From Tubulanus polymorphus (Eukaryota; Animalia; Nemertea): DNA of 64,000 nt. Position numbers and translations under genes: made by a program. The stretch lies in assembly GCF_964204645.1 (NCBI RefSeq), contig NC_134031.1, positions 2,542,001 through 2,606,000 on the forward strand, read 5' to 3'. Each line of letters opens with the position of its first letter. Within the stretch, counting starts at the first letter, position 1. A model generated the notes under the pieces. That model was not told where the DNA came from. It ran no database searches and worked only from the letters and a program-made list of their open reading frames with translations. This document shows positions 1 through 14,000 of the stretch, one piece after another.

Positions 1-916
1 TACTGGATGATCTAAGCTACAGTTCACCACTAAACTTAAAATACGAGCCGTCCCTATATGCTGCAGCCATAATTTAGATTTAGACGTCTTATTAAAAGTT
101 TTCACCATTTCGTGTGGAAGTGGTTCTATCCACTGGGCTCCACGACGCTATACGATCCTAGTACATCCATCTGTGGTGGTAACATCATACTGAAGGTTCC
201 CGGTGAAGTTAAGAGTCAATTCTATCTCATAACTTTAAGGCTTAATCGCTAGTTCAAAAGCAAGCGATTTACACAGCAGCTGTCAGTCTTGAATCAAACT
301 TGGCAACATGATATATGACCAAATCCCGATGGAACAAAGATCTCGAACGGGTAATCTTTCATCATTCTGGAATACACTTTCGAAACCTTTCTATCGAATT
401 ATTTCATAAGACGGAATCACGTGACCACGATATACTACGACTCGTTCGTGTGTTGAACGAGATGTGTGACGTCACGTGAAACGACGGAGTGAGGGGAGGG
501 GATATTAGACGCCACCGGTGATATTTAATTGACTAATACGTTTTGATGATAGAAAGCCGACGTTACAGACAAACGTGGCGTCTCACCGGATTAAATCGTA
601 CTGATACACACGGATAATCGGTTTACTGTCATCGCCGTGATCAGACGACATTTACTATAGAACGCGACGATTTCGGAATAGATAGAAAACCTTTTGGGTA
701 ATTTGCCAAATTGCATCAGCCGCACTACTCTTGAAGGTAAGCGAGAGATCTTTTCTGTTCGTGTGTTCTTTTCGAAAAATTGGAAAATTGGAAAAAATGC
801 TTAGAAATACTTTGTTTGGGATTGTTAGCTAGCTTTTCGAGTAACCCGCAATATCAATTTAAAACAACTGTTATGGTTTTTTTCTGACGTTTCGGCTGGA
901 ATCCTTCCACGTACGT

Positions 917-973
917 ACCTTAAGTTAAGGAATTCACCTTAAGTTAAGGATTCCACCTTAAGTTGAGGAATTC
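917..973. repeat. Short tandem repeat, ~3 x 19 bp (ACCTTAAGTTAAGGAATTC)
   Basis: Unit read directly three times with 1-2 substitutions. The first two units contain the inverted repeat CCTTAA-G-TTAAGG. Confidence 0.75.
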
Positions 974-1547
974 GCGAAACGTAAGAAAAAAACAAAAGCA
1001 GTTGTTTAATGATATTCGTCAAGACTGGAAATTGTCTGAACTATTTACAAATCATAGGCGTTCTCAAAATATGTTGAAAAGTGTCCCAAATCTAACAAAA
1101 ACAAAGAAGCGTATTAAATTCTTCAAAACCTACTTCGGAAATATGTGTTTATTTATCTCGAAATGTCTAAGAGATTTTATTCATATATGACATCGCTTGT
1201 CAGATAGTCCTCAAATTCGTCTGTATGATTTCTTTTTTTACCTTTGCGATATACACGTATTTTAGTTAATCTGGTTTATCTCTTTTTGAACTGTTACGCA
1301 AATGAAGCATCAGGAAGCTGTATAGCCGCACTAGCCAAGGGGAATAGTTTTAATCAGGTTCATTTTCATTTTATTGTAGTACAAAGTACAAATTTCGTTC
1401 ATACAGTACAAACAAGAAGATGGCAACTCACGCATATCAATGAATAGTAATAATATAGTGATTTAGGGAGGGGCAGGGTGTGGAGGTTCAAACGTGCTTT
1501 CAGGAATTGACATAATTTGACCCGATTATTGCTTAAAGAATCTAAAA

Positions 1548-1603
1548 CTGGTTAGCACTCTTTCTTTTTGAGTTTACGAGACCCGGGTTCGAACCCCGGA
1601 TCC
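1548..1603 (+). mobile_element. Degenerate tRNA-derived SINE head or tRNA pseudogene fragment
   Basis: A-box-like TGGTTAGCAC (~1549) and a T-arm CCGGG-TTCGAAC-CCCGG with B box GGTTCGAACCC (~1586-1596). No complete cloverleaf could be drawn. Confidence 0.45.
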
Positions 1604-3047
1604 ACGGACTTTCACAGTCACTTCTTAATCATTTCGATCGCTTCATTCTCGACGCGTCTCTTTGAAATGAAACTCGTTCTGTCGCACATCGAAGATAATC
1701 CATAAGATGGCGAGTCGGTGAAACGGTGTCGATATCTGGATCGCTGGATTTGCTCCGTGACACAGGAACGACCATGCCCCTCCCTAGTCGGCGCAAAGTA
1801 CCGCAATTCATTCTCAGCACGAAATGGGCAGCTTTACTACCAACGACATTCTAAACAAATATAAATGATCGCATTTTGACATCGGGATCTATGTTCGAAT
1901 GGGGAACGTACTTGAAATGATACGTATTTAAGTTAGATACCAACTTTTAAAATTTAATACTATTTTTTCTGGATTCGGATCATCTTTCATTATATGAAAA
2001 CACATCGATAAAGTTTGATAATTCGAAGAAGAAAAAATATTGTTTATGGGGAAAAAAACGACGTTCACAGTCTCGCAAACGTTTTCTCTCGCAATTTTCT
2101 CTGGTACGTGAGTACGTAAATAGATTTGTCTCCATTGCCTCTGTTTATTCCGTATTCTATTTTATAACCGCTCATGATTTGCATTTTCGATGCTCCTCGT
2201 GTTTTGAGCTATCCTTAGTCTCTCTGTACCATTCAGAGTAGTTTCAGAATTTGATAACATAACTTTCATATCGTCAGTATAATAGCATATATTTAGCATG
2301 TATGAATTTAAAATACATTTTTGTCGGTTCTAATGATTTATCTGACTTATTAAAGTGAGGTTCCAGGATATTTCCTCGAAATTTCTAAATCTTTGGTTAC
2401 GTCGATGCATATTTTTTCAACGATTTTTGTATTCGACTTCAGGAAGACGCAAGTTCCGTTAGATACAAAACTGCCATTGAACTTCTAAACTACTTTATAT
2501 TTTCATGGTCACCGTATCTCATCTTTTCAATGGCCTTTCCATCTTTTTTTCGATGTCAGGCTCTGCGTACTAGATACTAGACGACGTGACGTAGTTAACA
2601 GTGATCCTGAAAATGACAAGTCGTTGAAGAAACCGCCCGTGATTGATTCGACTTGCATTTGTTTACGCACGACAAGTGACAATTAAGACTTCAATTCTCG
2701 CTTCCAGTAAAATATTCCCGTTGCCAGGAATAGATTCTGAAAATTGTACAATTGGAATACTATCATACCAAGTTACGTTTTTAGTCTGTTGATATCAGAA
2801 AGGACTCTTATCTGGTCAACACGCGGGACAATCAACTTAGAGGATTTCTGAGAAAAAATAACAGAAAGGACAAACTAGTTACCTTAATGTTCATGAAGTA
2901 AGGATGAATTTTCGGAAAATTTATATGTACACGTAATACTATGTCTATCTGACAGGTCATTAATGATATAGCCTTTAAAGATTTTATTACCAATTAGGAG
3001 ATCGGCATCCGTCGCATTGCTGGCTTGTCATTCGAACTGTTGATGCG

Positions 3048-4109
3048 ATGCAAAACATATCGATGTCTTCAAACGGCAGTTATCTCGCTAGAACGACGAC
3101 CGCTGCGGGGGTTTTCAGGGCTCATCCGAGATGCAAATACATCCACTATTCGGACTACAAACCGTTTCATTTGAACATGTTTTACCAAGTCATCAATTAC
3201 GCCATATTCAGCACCGGATTTCTCGGCGTCTGTTTCAATGCGCTGTCCTTCATTTTACTGAGTAAAGAAAACTCGAAAAATACCAGCATATTTTACCTGA
3301 GATGTCTGGCGATAACTGATATGTTTTCATGCGCCGCGTATTTGTTATTCGACTTCCAAAGAGAACTCTACGCTCACACTCTATTGCTGGATATGACCGC
3401 CAAGATAAACCAGGATATGAAACGTATTTATTCATATACGCAACGTGTGAAAACAGTATTTTCAGTTTTTGGTAACTATATCATATTATTGATTGCCGTC
3501 GATAGGTATATTGTAGTAACTTTACCGCTGAGGGCTCAAACTCTTATAACGTTGAAGAGAGGGTACATGAGCATCGCGTGCGGTCTACCGCTGGTCGTCG
3601 CTTCTCAGTTCGGGTTGTTCCTCAAATACACCACTCGCCGTACGATCAATCCGTGCACTGGACACGTGCGATACGCGCAGAAACTTTCTCCGATCGGTAA
3701 AAGCCGCTATATACGATACTACCAGCTGTTCGGTTATTCCGTATTCATAACGATTCTTCCGACGTTGATCGTCGTTTTCGTAACTATTCGACTCATGTTA
3801 TCTCTGCGATCAGCGAGAGCGGCGAGGAAGAATATGTCTGCCGAACAATCATCTCGTTCGGACCGGAGTTTGACTCTAACTTTGGTTCTGATTTGCTGTC
3901 TGTATGTAATAAAGCACGCATTTTCCTTTAGATCTACCGTAGTGAATTTTATATTTTTTTTATCTGGTCGTAAATTGTCGTCGAGTCCGTACTATATCGG
4001 TTCTCAAAAACTTTGCAGAATGATCATTTCGACCGCGAATTTTTTCTTATACTGCGCATCGAGGCGGCGATTTCGAAATCGTTTGCGTACAATATGTCAG
4101 AAATGTTAA
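3048..4109 (+). CDS. Intronless rhodopsin-family (class A) GPCR, FMRFamide/peptide-receptor-like, 353 aa
   Basis: Seven hydrophobic segments. TM1 Asn (GVCFNALS), TM2 LAITD, TM3 IAVDRY, basic ICL3 (RAARKNMS..DRSLT), TM7 ANFFLYC and helix 8 (SRRRFRNRL). These resemble FMRFamide/sex-peptide-receptor-like invertebrate GPCRs. The ligand cannot be assigned. Confidence 0.88.
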   Translation: MQNISMSSNGSYLARTTTAAGVFRAHPRCKYIHYSDYKPFHLNMFYQVINYAIFSTGFLGVCFNALSFILLSKENSKNTSIFYLRCLAITDMFSCAAYLLFDFQRELYAHTLLLDMTAKINQDMKRIYSYTQRVKTVFSVFGNYIILLIAVDRYIVVTLPLRAQTLITLKRGYMSIACGLPLVVASQFGLFLKYTTRRTINPCTGHVRYAQKLSPIGKSRYIRYYQLFGYSVFITILPTLIVVFVTIRLMLSLRSARAARKNMSAEQSSRSDRSLTLTLVLICCLYVIKHAFSFRSTVVNFIFFLSGRKLSSSPYYIGSQKLCRMIISTANFFLYCASRRRFRNRLRTICQKC

Positions 4110-7100
4110 TGATTCTTTATAACATAATCAATTTCCTTGAAAGTAACAAGAGTAAGGCGAAAAAAAACCAGAAAGATTACTACATAACTATAGCACAAGA
4201 CGTGGCACATAGTTCCTGACAAATAATCTTGAAAAAGAAGCAAGTTACCACAGTTGCCAGGGACGAAGAGATTTTAGCTGAAAAATTATTTTCACTCACG
4301 TATTTTCAAGTATATAAAACAACCTGCGTTATTACTATCATAATCATCGTCATCATTATTATCGGCTTATCTCTTCACTAAAAGTACAATAAAAAAAAAC
4401 ACTATCACATCACTTTTACACAAATGTAATATATCAAATCCATGTGACTGAAATCCACTATGCACATCTAAAAGTAGAATTCATTTAGTAAAAAAAATTA
4501 AAATTAAAGATTAAAATCAAAAGGGTTTCCAACTCTCTGAAGTGATCATTATCACGCGTCAGAGAGAGCTCGAAACAACTTATCCTACGTTTCTAATTGT
4601 TTATTTTTTGATCGATAAATACTGCTTTTAATCTTTTAAATTTGATTGTGTGCGGGCTATTTTACTATTACATGTCTGTATTTCTACGTAACAAAATGTT
4701 ATAAAGAAAAAAGACAAACGGGACCCCGAGGGGTATACTTTGAACAGAACAGCCTTATATACGCTCTGTTGGAATTTAGACGGGAAATCACTAAACATGG
4801 GTCTTTTCTCGTCACATTTCTCCAAACCACACAGACATTGTTCCGATTTGTATAGCGAGGTTCAGTTATTTCGTCGTTAATCTCATTTCGGACGCCGCTG
4901 TCCCATCATCGAGATGAGACGGGAAAAAAGTTTTGATGTAGATAGATGCGAGCCCGTAACACTTAATCGTTACAATCGGCTCTACGGCCAAAATTCACAG
5001 TTCAATAATCAACCCTATGTCTTTAACACCCGCTACAAGTTGTTAGATTGGTTATAAGGAATGGTCTTAGCATAAACCTCGACTGGGCGCCCGACCCTTT
5101 CAAACTTCTATCAGATCTATAAAAAGAGATGAATAGAACATTCCGAAATGTCGAAACGTATATTCACATTGAGATCTGAAAACGGTTTCCATTGTGTAAA
5201 TGTAAGAAGTCGAAATTTTTATAATGCAAATAAATGCCATAAAAAGTAATGATTCTTATTGAATTGCTTGAGATATCGTAAACAGCAATTCAATTTCTAG
5301 ATTTCATTTATTTTGAACGTTGTGAACATTAAGATCGCGCGTGCATTTTATATACAGCCATTGAACGAGCAGCCATTGTACGTCTTGATGTAGTTTCGAA
5401 TATAGTTTTCCCTTTAAACCCCACACCCGCCGCACCTACTGCATTCCTACACAATATTTTCAATTCTTGACCGCAAACGTTTCACCGACGTTTCCTAAAG
5501 GTGTATATTCTATCCATTTTCCAGCTGTTGTTTTCGATGAATTCTCAATGAGGATTTTTCTCGCAATGCCCGAGCGACCAGGCACGAGAAAACGAGTCGT
5601 ACTGGTTATAGAGTCGAATTGAGCGATTAATCCAATGGTTAATACCCCCGGTTTATTGCTTTTAATCATTAGTGACATAAACGAAAGAATTTCACGGCCG
5701 CAAAGAGCTGATACTGATCTGCTAGAAAACTCCCGACTGCTTGTTAGAAAAGCGAGAAAACATTTGTTTTACGGTCCATATTTAGAATACGTTACCGCGA
5801 TAACTATTAAAATCTTAAGGTTGAATAGGTCACAGTTGGATTTGGATTGGAGCACTCGACGGTTTCACAATTTTGTCCACGCTACGGGTCCGGTCAACTC
5901 ATTGCAAATGAACTAATTTAAACTCAGAGCTAACTCTCAACTCTCAACTCTGGAACTAGCTCCTTGATTAGCGAAATATCAATACATGTTCTGTACTGAC
6001 TCTAAGGAGTCTGACTTATTTGGCCGCGCCGACAATATTGAACAGATTCTCCCCACGTATAGACGCCGGAAGTAGGCCTACTCGGTAAAACATTCAAATC
6101 TCGTGGCGGTTATTTCTAGTTGCAGGCGAATATGGTAAAACTCATCCATACATGACGTAACTTTCGGTCTAATGGAATTTCTGAGAAGACTTAATCTTCG
6201 AAATTCATTGAAACATTTCACCGAGTCCATTAGCCAGGTCGACAGTCGGTTGTCGGTCGATATTAGTGTTAAATCAAGATTATTCCAAATGCATTTTCTC
6301 CCAACTCAAATGCTTTGAATCCGATTTCACAGTTTGGCTCGCCCATTAAAAACTTGGAAATCAACTAGTTTTGACAACGGAGTCGAACTGGATTCGATAC
6401 TGCGAAATTAGCTCCTGGGACTGTTTGCACATTCCTGACTGAAGTACAAAATTGGTCTAAATCTTAGACTAGTAGAATCTAGACTTAAGTTGTTAGATTG
6501 GCTATAGAAGAAAGTTGGTTTTAGACTTGGCTTAAATCTTATCCATGACTGGAGAACTGATCCATGGTTGATTCGAAATGGATCCCGTGCCAGTGAAAAC
6601 TGACCAAATGAAATTTTTTTCCTGACGACGGCGACAACTGCGCAATATTTCATTCTTTCCACGATTCGCCGCTGCCCCTGATCTCTTCATTCGCCATAAC
6701 AGTGACTGAAGTAAACTGCGACGACATATTTGCTTGTGCAAAGCGCAGGAAGTCTTTGTTCAGTGACAAATGACTGAAACCACTAAACATCGCGTGTTTA
6801 TTCAGAATCGACTATCGAAAACGTTTCGGTTACAAACTGCCATCAGCTGTCAGTAACACCCGCAGTAAGATGCAATTCCGTCATTTCGGAAGCCCCCATT
6901 TCTATTTGCGTCGTCCCGATTGAGAGCGATTTCCGAAATCTTCAAAACAACATAATTTTTCAGAAAGATACCCGATCGCGATCGCGTTGCGCGGAAGAAA
7001 TTGTTACTGATTTAGCGGCGATAAGGTATTTTGTAAAAAGGAGTCGGATTTTATCCGTTACAAACTTCGCAGATTGGGCTGCATTCATCGTGCATACGAA

Positions 7101-7946
7101 TCTAGTGAAGGGAAACTATGATAATATTTCGTCCCGTCGACGTTGATATTACTTAAATCGGACGTTTATACCATTTATACCAGAAGCGTTTGAGTAGGAA
7201 CAATATTGTCGACATCAAGATCGTCCCGAGAAGAACCTCGGTCGATTTCTCGCGTTCTAACTGGTGAAGAATCGGGGAACTGCTCGGTTGAAGGAGAATT
7301 ATGATTGCAGTTTCTGCGTTCGGTCCTGACTAATCAAAGAGATTATTGTGTTGTTACAGCGGGATTCTATTCTCAATAGAGAACGAATGGATTCCAGATT
7401 TTGATCGTCGTTTTTAAAATCCCACCCGTCTTTTGAATCCCGAATCCACACGTGTTTAACAACGTTATCTGTTTTTCTTCTGAAGTCATCGGTACCGATA
7501 TAGATCTGAATGAGACGCCACCGAGTCGTTCTGGCGAAATGGGATTTAAACCGCTTGTAAAAAACGTGCGTGACTGTTTATAAATGTGTATGTATGTCTG
7601 ATATGGCATAAAGAGGAAGGCGAAATGTAGCTTATTGATGGATAGACAAGATGCTTGTTTCTTCGATCAAGTATAGTTGAATTGTTTGATTGGTTAGGTG
7701 GTTCTCATCGAGAACGGGAAAGCTCTCACTCGATTCGAACGTAAGGCAGCGCGACTGGACAGGAGTTCAACCGATCGGGGGGAGTGTGTTACAACAAACT
7801 GTGTGTGGTTGCGATAGTCAGAGAGTGTTGAGGAGTGAAATTTAAATGTAGTCGCTAGAACTACTAAAGGACAGAGATAGAATACTCAGGGATAACTCGA
7901 TATATTTTCATCGTTGATATATTTCTCAAAACCATTTTCTGTAACC

Positions 7947-7995
7947 ATGGCTAAGCGCAAATATACTGCTAAATATGACAGAGTACATTTCGAAG
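7947..7995 (+). CDS. Candidate distant first coding exon of TMEM26 (MAKRKYTAKYDRVHFE)
   Basis: Perfect Kozak ACCATGG, 49 nt open, ending in a strong donor GAAG|GTAAGA (phase 1). Joins in frame to the acceptor TTTCAG|AC GAT ATG at 31126. Confidence 0.5.
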
Positions 7996-8140
7996 GTAAG
8001 ACTAATGTAAACATGAGCTCATAAAACGATATATTCTTCTGTCGTTCTGTCTTGAAATTATCTATCTTTGAAATCTTTTACATCAATGATTATATCTTTC
8101 GACGAAAAGAACTTTACCGAAAATTGCGAGAATGTTTCGA

Positions 8141-8374
8141 GGCGGATCCAAGCTATCTGTATTCTGTATTCTGTTTACTGTATTCCAGAATATGGTCAGA
8201 AAAAGTGACTATAGACCTTATCAATCAGGTCTAGAAAGCCTAAGATAAAAGGAAAACGAGTCGTGTTCCAAAATTTTCTTGCGAAAGACCCCTAAATCCC
8301 CCTTTAGTGATGGGCTTTGCTGTCGACAGCAATCTTTTCTAGGAATATATTCAAATTTACACGCTGGATCCGCC
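8141..8374. mobile_element. Putative MITE with GGCGGATCCA terminal inverted repeats
   Basis: GGCGGATCCA at 8141-8150 and its reverse complement TGGATCCGCC at 8365-8374 bracket 234 bp with no recognisable coding content. Confidence 0.4.
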
Positions 8375-10977
8375 GATGTAACTAGGACCATGATTTAACA
8401 TAACATATAATATAATGTTCTTATAAACCGTGGCCGTTTTCTTACGACCATTTCACAAAAAAAGATGTTATAATTAGTTCGTTAGAATTTAGATTCAATG
8501 TGTACATAGCAAATAATTAGGTTTTGCAAATTATGTAGCAGCAGTCAGTGATAGTTTCAATATTGCGTAAACCGCCACCAAATCGAATTCGTAAGTAGTT
8601 GGAAAAAAATAACGAAATTATCGCTGCGGAGTCTTAAGATTTGAACATAATGCAGCGGCATTCACCCGAACGTTGAAGTGATTCTAACAACATCAATTAT
8701 TCACGATGTTGATTCTTTCATCTGAAAAGAAATGTCTTCAGAAACAAACTCTCGAGTTTGCTCCAGCTTCCGTCGTCTGCGAACACCCAAAACCGATGGA
8801 AAGGCTGAGACTCCTTTTCGATCGTAAATTTTGAGAAATGCGGTACAGGGCCGAATCGCTACCTAAATTATCCTAATACGTTGACATCTCAGCGGTTTCG
8901 CATCAATGTTTTCAGATAGTTCTTTATAATTTTCAAAACTCATACAGGAAACGAAAGTACACGTTAAAGTTGATCTTGTTTTTATGCGCGATGAAACAAC
9001 GTGCGTATCACATGTTTATATATATTCATACATTTTCTAATATATTGGCACGGTTTAGATTTTGCTTCGTAAGGAGAAAAATAGAAAGGTTTCGAGGGAT
9101 AGATAACATTTGATGTACTAACGCTGACACTGCTAGATCTTCTTAGATCGTCTCAGTCAAATTACGACAAAACCAAAATAAGGCGAAAGAGTGACATTTG
9201 ATTCGCGCTGTGTAAAGTGGAAAGTCGCGTGTTGATGAAATCAAGTGATAGAATCCAGAATCAAACAAAAATATCGGAAATTCTGCTCCATGCCTGGTAT
9301 CTATATCGGATGGTTTATCCTAATTCGAGTTGAGCTGGTGGTAAGTCCCTTGTGTGTTTTTGCCCGCGAATTGACCATTTTTTACCGCTTTCGTCTGGGA
9401 CGTGACGTCACGCCTGGTAAAATGGAATAAGATGTGACGTGTCGTTAAGATGCCCGAATCAGCGAAGTCGGTTCCGTTCTGCGTTCGGTGAAAGATATTG
9501 ATAAATTTTCAGCACTTTTATTGGCTTATATTGAAAAATCCGATGCTCGTATATTCTATGGATGCGCAATTCGAAGCGAGTTCACCCACCGAAAAGGAAC
9601 AAATTCGGATTATCCTTTAGACGATTTAGATGTGAATTATGGGACTGATCGTTCGTGTTCGGGGTAGAGAATGAAGAGCTTCCATATATCAGAGAGATTG
9701 CGGTCAGCGCTGAGATCTTGGTGGTAATTGTGTCTCTAGATCCCATCAAGGGCCGGATATGGACTCCCCAAACTGTATATATAGACTTTTAGGTAAGCGA
9801 AAAGCCTGCTCGATAAAGAAGTTATCCGTCATCCGCAGTTATCCCTACTGAATTCGAATATATGCTCGTGGTTCCTTTTTAAAGTATAGCCCGACCTTTG
9901 TCAAACGTGTTGAATATCGATCGTCGCGCGTTGGAAAACGAAATTTCTGAGTCATCTCATATAACGTCGTGGGACCTATCGATCACAAATCGAGAACTGG
10001 TTCCCGGTGGTCAAACTCACATAAAATCACGACTCTAATTTCTAGATACGACTCTTAATCCGATAATAAAGCGCTGACAATGTTCATTTTAGAAATCCCA
10101 TTTCGCTGGTTTATACCAGTTATGGACTTGACCATGGTCAATTATATTGATAATTTCCCGATAGAATGACTCAATTAATTTTTCGTCAGAGCAAGTCACT
10201 CGACGCATGCCGGCGATATGTTAGAAATGGCGGAAAGGTCCAGATAGGCACAGGTTCCATTTTAGTGCAATCAGCTATAGTAAACATTGCAATAGAGCAA
10301 CCGCTTATATGTTGGTTATGAGGTTAAACGGTTTAAAGCCCGTGAAAGTTGGGACAATGATGACCTTTGAATCGTTGTTTGGTTCGGATCACGAGTAAAA
10401 TCCATCTCCACCGACTCCGTCTGCGAGTGTTTTCATACGTACACTTCTTATATTCGATTTTATGCAATCTTTTTGCAATTTGTCGAGTGTCGCGTACGGT
10501 TTCGAGTTGTCGTAGATTATCCCTTTTCGAACTGCTGTTGAAAGGCGACAGAACTTGATATCCGGCTACTGAGCATTACAACTGCTGTGGTTCTATAGCA
10601 TTAACAACTGAACACTTCATTTTAGAGATCATGATATACATATTGATAAGTACTTCTTCCATTCACATGTACCACTGAAGGATCTCGAGGTTTCTGCTAA
10701 TATTTTGCTGTATTACAGAGAGTCGGAATTTACAACTCTCGGTGCAAATAGCATTTCCGTTGTATGGAGGTTATTTTTTACTCTAAAGCCAAGACAAGTC
10801 CAAAATAGATGTTTTCATAAGTGCTTTATCAATTTAATAACGCTTATTGGTTGTTAGGCTTATGAAGACTTGTCTTATTTAGTCCGCAAGCTGGACGGTC
10901 CAAAAATATTGTTTGATTGGTTATAGGACCAATATGGTCGTTGATTAAAGCCAATAGTACCCTCAGGCAAACACGAG

Positions 10978-11086
10978 GGGCCAGTTTTATAGCCTAGTAT
11001 TTACTTCAACCCGGGGACTAACTCAATTCATTTTCAACTGGATTAGCCCCAGTGTTAAAGGTAATACCAGTCTATAAAACCGGCTC
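10978..11086. mobile_element. ~110-bp MITE with 24-bp imperfect TIRs
   Basis: Left GGGCCAGTTTTATAGCCTAGTATT vs reverse complement of right end GAGCCGGTTTTATAGACTGGTATT (20/24). Inner GGGGACTAA/TTAGCCCC also pair. A related end occurs at ~59007. Confidence 0.65.
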
Positions 11087-14000
11087 ATGGTACTGGGTTT
11101 TTAGATTAGTTATAGGACCATTGATTTCAGCCAATGCTCCTAGACGAACGCAAATCTTATACTAGGTTGTGAGATACATTATAGGACGAAGATAGCCATC
11201 ACTTATGCCAAGGATTTCGTCAGGCTTAGGCTGATGTATGTGGAAGGAAAAGATCTATAACCTTAAAAATCAACATCTTCTTTTGAAAGTTACGGCCTGA
11301 TTCCTTGGCAACACATCGACGGGGAAAAGAATCTACAACCGGTTAGGAATTCAAATATAACTTCTCTATATCGCAATACGTGTTGATTAATATTCAATTT
11401 AAATTTTCATCGATCAATTTCTTTTGATCGTTGTTGATGATGAAATGCTACTCGAAGCGATACCTAACGGTCGTGCGACGGATTGTTTGAAATTTACGCC
11501 GAGATATTTTATCTTAACGTATTTCGTTTCGCGCGTTTGTTTGATCGTAATCAATCAAGCAATTCGGAAAAAGAGAGATTGAACAAGTGTTTATGTAAAT
11601 CAGATCGGAATACGACGTATTTTACACGTCATGTATGAATTAGATTTCGTTATCGTAAATTCATACAATTTCAGGTTTTAGAAATAATGTCGATGTGATA
11701 TTGCTTTCAACTTCGGTGCAATATTGGTTCAAGTTTGCAGTTGACTTTCCTCGAACGTGAGATCGATACAAACGAACCTAAGTGTAATCTAGATACATAA
11801 AAACTTGAAGTGTTACAACAAGGAAGTGTGCAATTTCTGAACCACTTTTTCCCGAAGGTTTTGAGTCTTTTGACTCATTTAGCGAGCAGTATTGACGACT
11901 TCTACAAGAGGTGACATATTCCGGGGAAGCAGGCATTTCTCTTTGAAATGTGGTAACAAGCTTAAGTTTCATACATATTTATATATTTGAAATCATGTCA
12001 AATTGGCCTGTATCAATAATCCAGAATACCTGCACTTAAATCACGTAATTTTTTATATATGGACCTACATATTCAAGATTATAGATATAATGTTTTTTAA
12101 AGCAATGAATAGCTTTTATTTCATAATTAAAGATGGCTGCCATATGCCTCGTACTTTTACACGTATATGATTTTCGGTAAAGCATCGCTTAAAAGTATCG
12201 TATATACATGTTAAATGTAGAATAATTTTTTCTAAATCGGTAACTTTACTTATGAAAGATGGCTACCATACGATTCATATGCGTCATGGCCACAAAATCG
12301 AGAAGATTTTCTATTCTCCTCTAAAAAAAAGTTTTTGTTACTTTCATATATAGGAGACGTTTTGCGAGGCCAACTGATCTGTTTCAAATAACGTAATTTA
12401 AACGCCTGATTTTCATAAACGTGTGTTTTTATAATAAAATACCTACAGATGATATCGGCTCGTCTGTGTTCGCCAGATGACTAAGCAGTTGGAAATCACG
12501 GTTTCTCTACGTGTGGGTGCGGATTAAACAAATTCCTATTACACAGACCTCGCTGCCTCCGGTGGACCGAGGTCTTTAACACGCTCGATATACATCGGGT
12601 TCAAACGCCACAAATCCACACGAAGCGTGTCCACATGTTTAAGGTTTTAGCCTCAGTGCAAGGTTCAGGCTTTATAAATCCCTTTCGAGAAAAGTAAATA
12701 TTATTTTTTTTTCTTTCTCGTACGTAATCTTATTGGGGTTACTTGGATACATTCGACGAATTTGCTAATAGCAGAATATTGTCGCAATGATACAAAAACT
12801 TGGACGGGAATTCCGACGGTGTAAGGGTCATTCTGATTGGTCGAGTACGAGATTTTTTTAAGCAAACTGACCAATAAGAATTGAGAACACTTAGATTAAT
12901 TCAACAACCTCTGGAATATGAAATATTCAGATCGTCGGCTACTTTGAATTGAACTAATGCGTTTGGGGACTGCGCGCGATTCGAGTTTTCGCTCGATCAC
13001 GTTTCGTAGCTATTTGCGAAGATGAATGAGGTCAATACAATTTAAACACATGATGCAATCCACACCTCGTTAGAGCGTCATCGATTTCTTCAGAAATTAC
13101 ACAGCCCGATTGGACTGTTTGATTAAACGTAAACGGCATTGATGATTTATAAACATTGGACAAATCCTGCGCTTTAAGCTTCCCAATTTGTTGACAATTT
13201 ACACATTTCTCAATTATTCATAAGATTGGATTTCATGTGACTTAATAATCTGTTAGCCCGGTCTACAGAATATAGTATGCGATGCAAGTTATGCACAGTG
13301 TTGTTGTAGTCGTGAAAACCTTCAACCTCGCTTACTAACACGGTTTAAGGATAATCATTCCACGGCCTATTTGTTTCTGAAGATATAAATATATTTGTAT
13401 ATATTTCTTAGGCTCTTCAAAACAACTAGTTGCGACGCTAACGAGGTTGAGGTAAGCAACGATTGTTTACTCATCCGGTGAAAATGGCCGGTGAGCGAAA
13501 CGTGATTTTGGACGTCGAGGCGAGACGCGAATACGATAATCAAAAAGACTCGTTGTATTCAGGCGTGATGATCGACTGACTGAAATCTATATTTCTACCC
13601 GCCGGCTGCATGCGAAAATACGCCATTTCTAAGATTAGTTTCACCGCAGGAATTGTCTTCAGCTTTCGCGGTTTCGAACCGCAAGAATTCGTTAGAAAAG
13701 CTATACTTATATATACCTAATCGACAGACATTCCGATTGCAGAGCAAATCCGTGTTTGAACGCCGCTGAATTTAGGGATGATGTTTCTATGTCTGGATTC
13801 GTTTTTTAAAGTAACAATTTCCTCGTCATTTGATAAAGTGCACCGACCACCTGTGTAGTACATAATTGTCTTCGTTTATTCTGCGTATAGGCTTATCATC
13901 GGTTTTCTGGTCGTCGCAGTCGGAGATTGGCGGAGAACGCCTCGAGATATCCACGTTCAACAAACGATTTTTGTCCGTGATAAGACTTACACACTCGTCT

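Noticed and set aside
1548-1603. Possible functional tRNA gene
   Set aside because: Only the T-arm and a partial A box are recognisable. No acceptor or anticodon stems, so it is treated as a SINE/pseudogene remnant.
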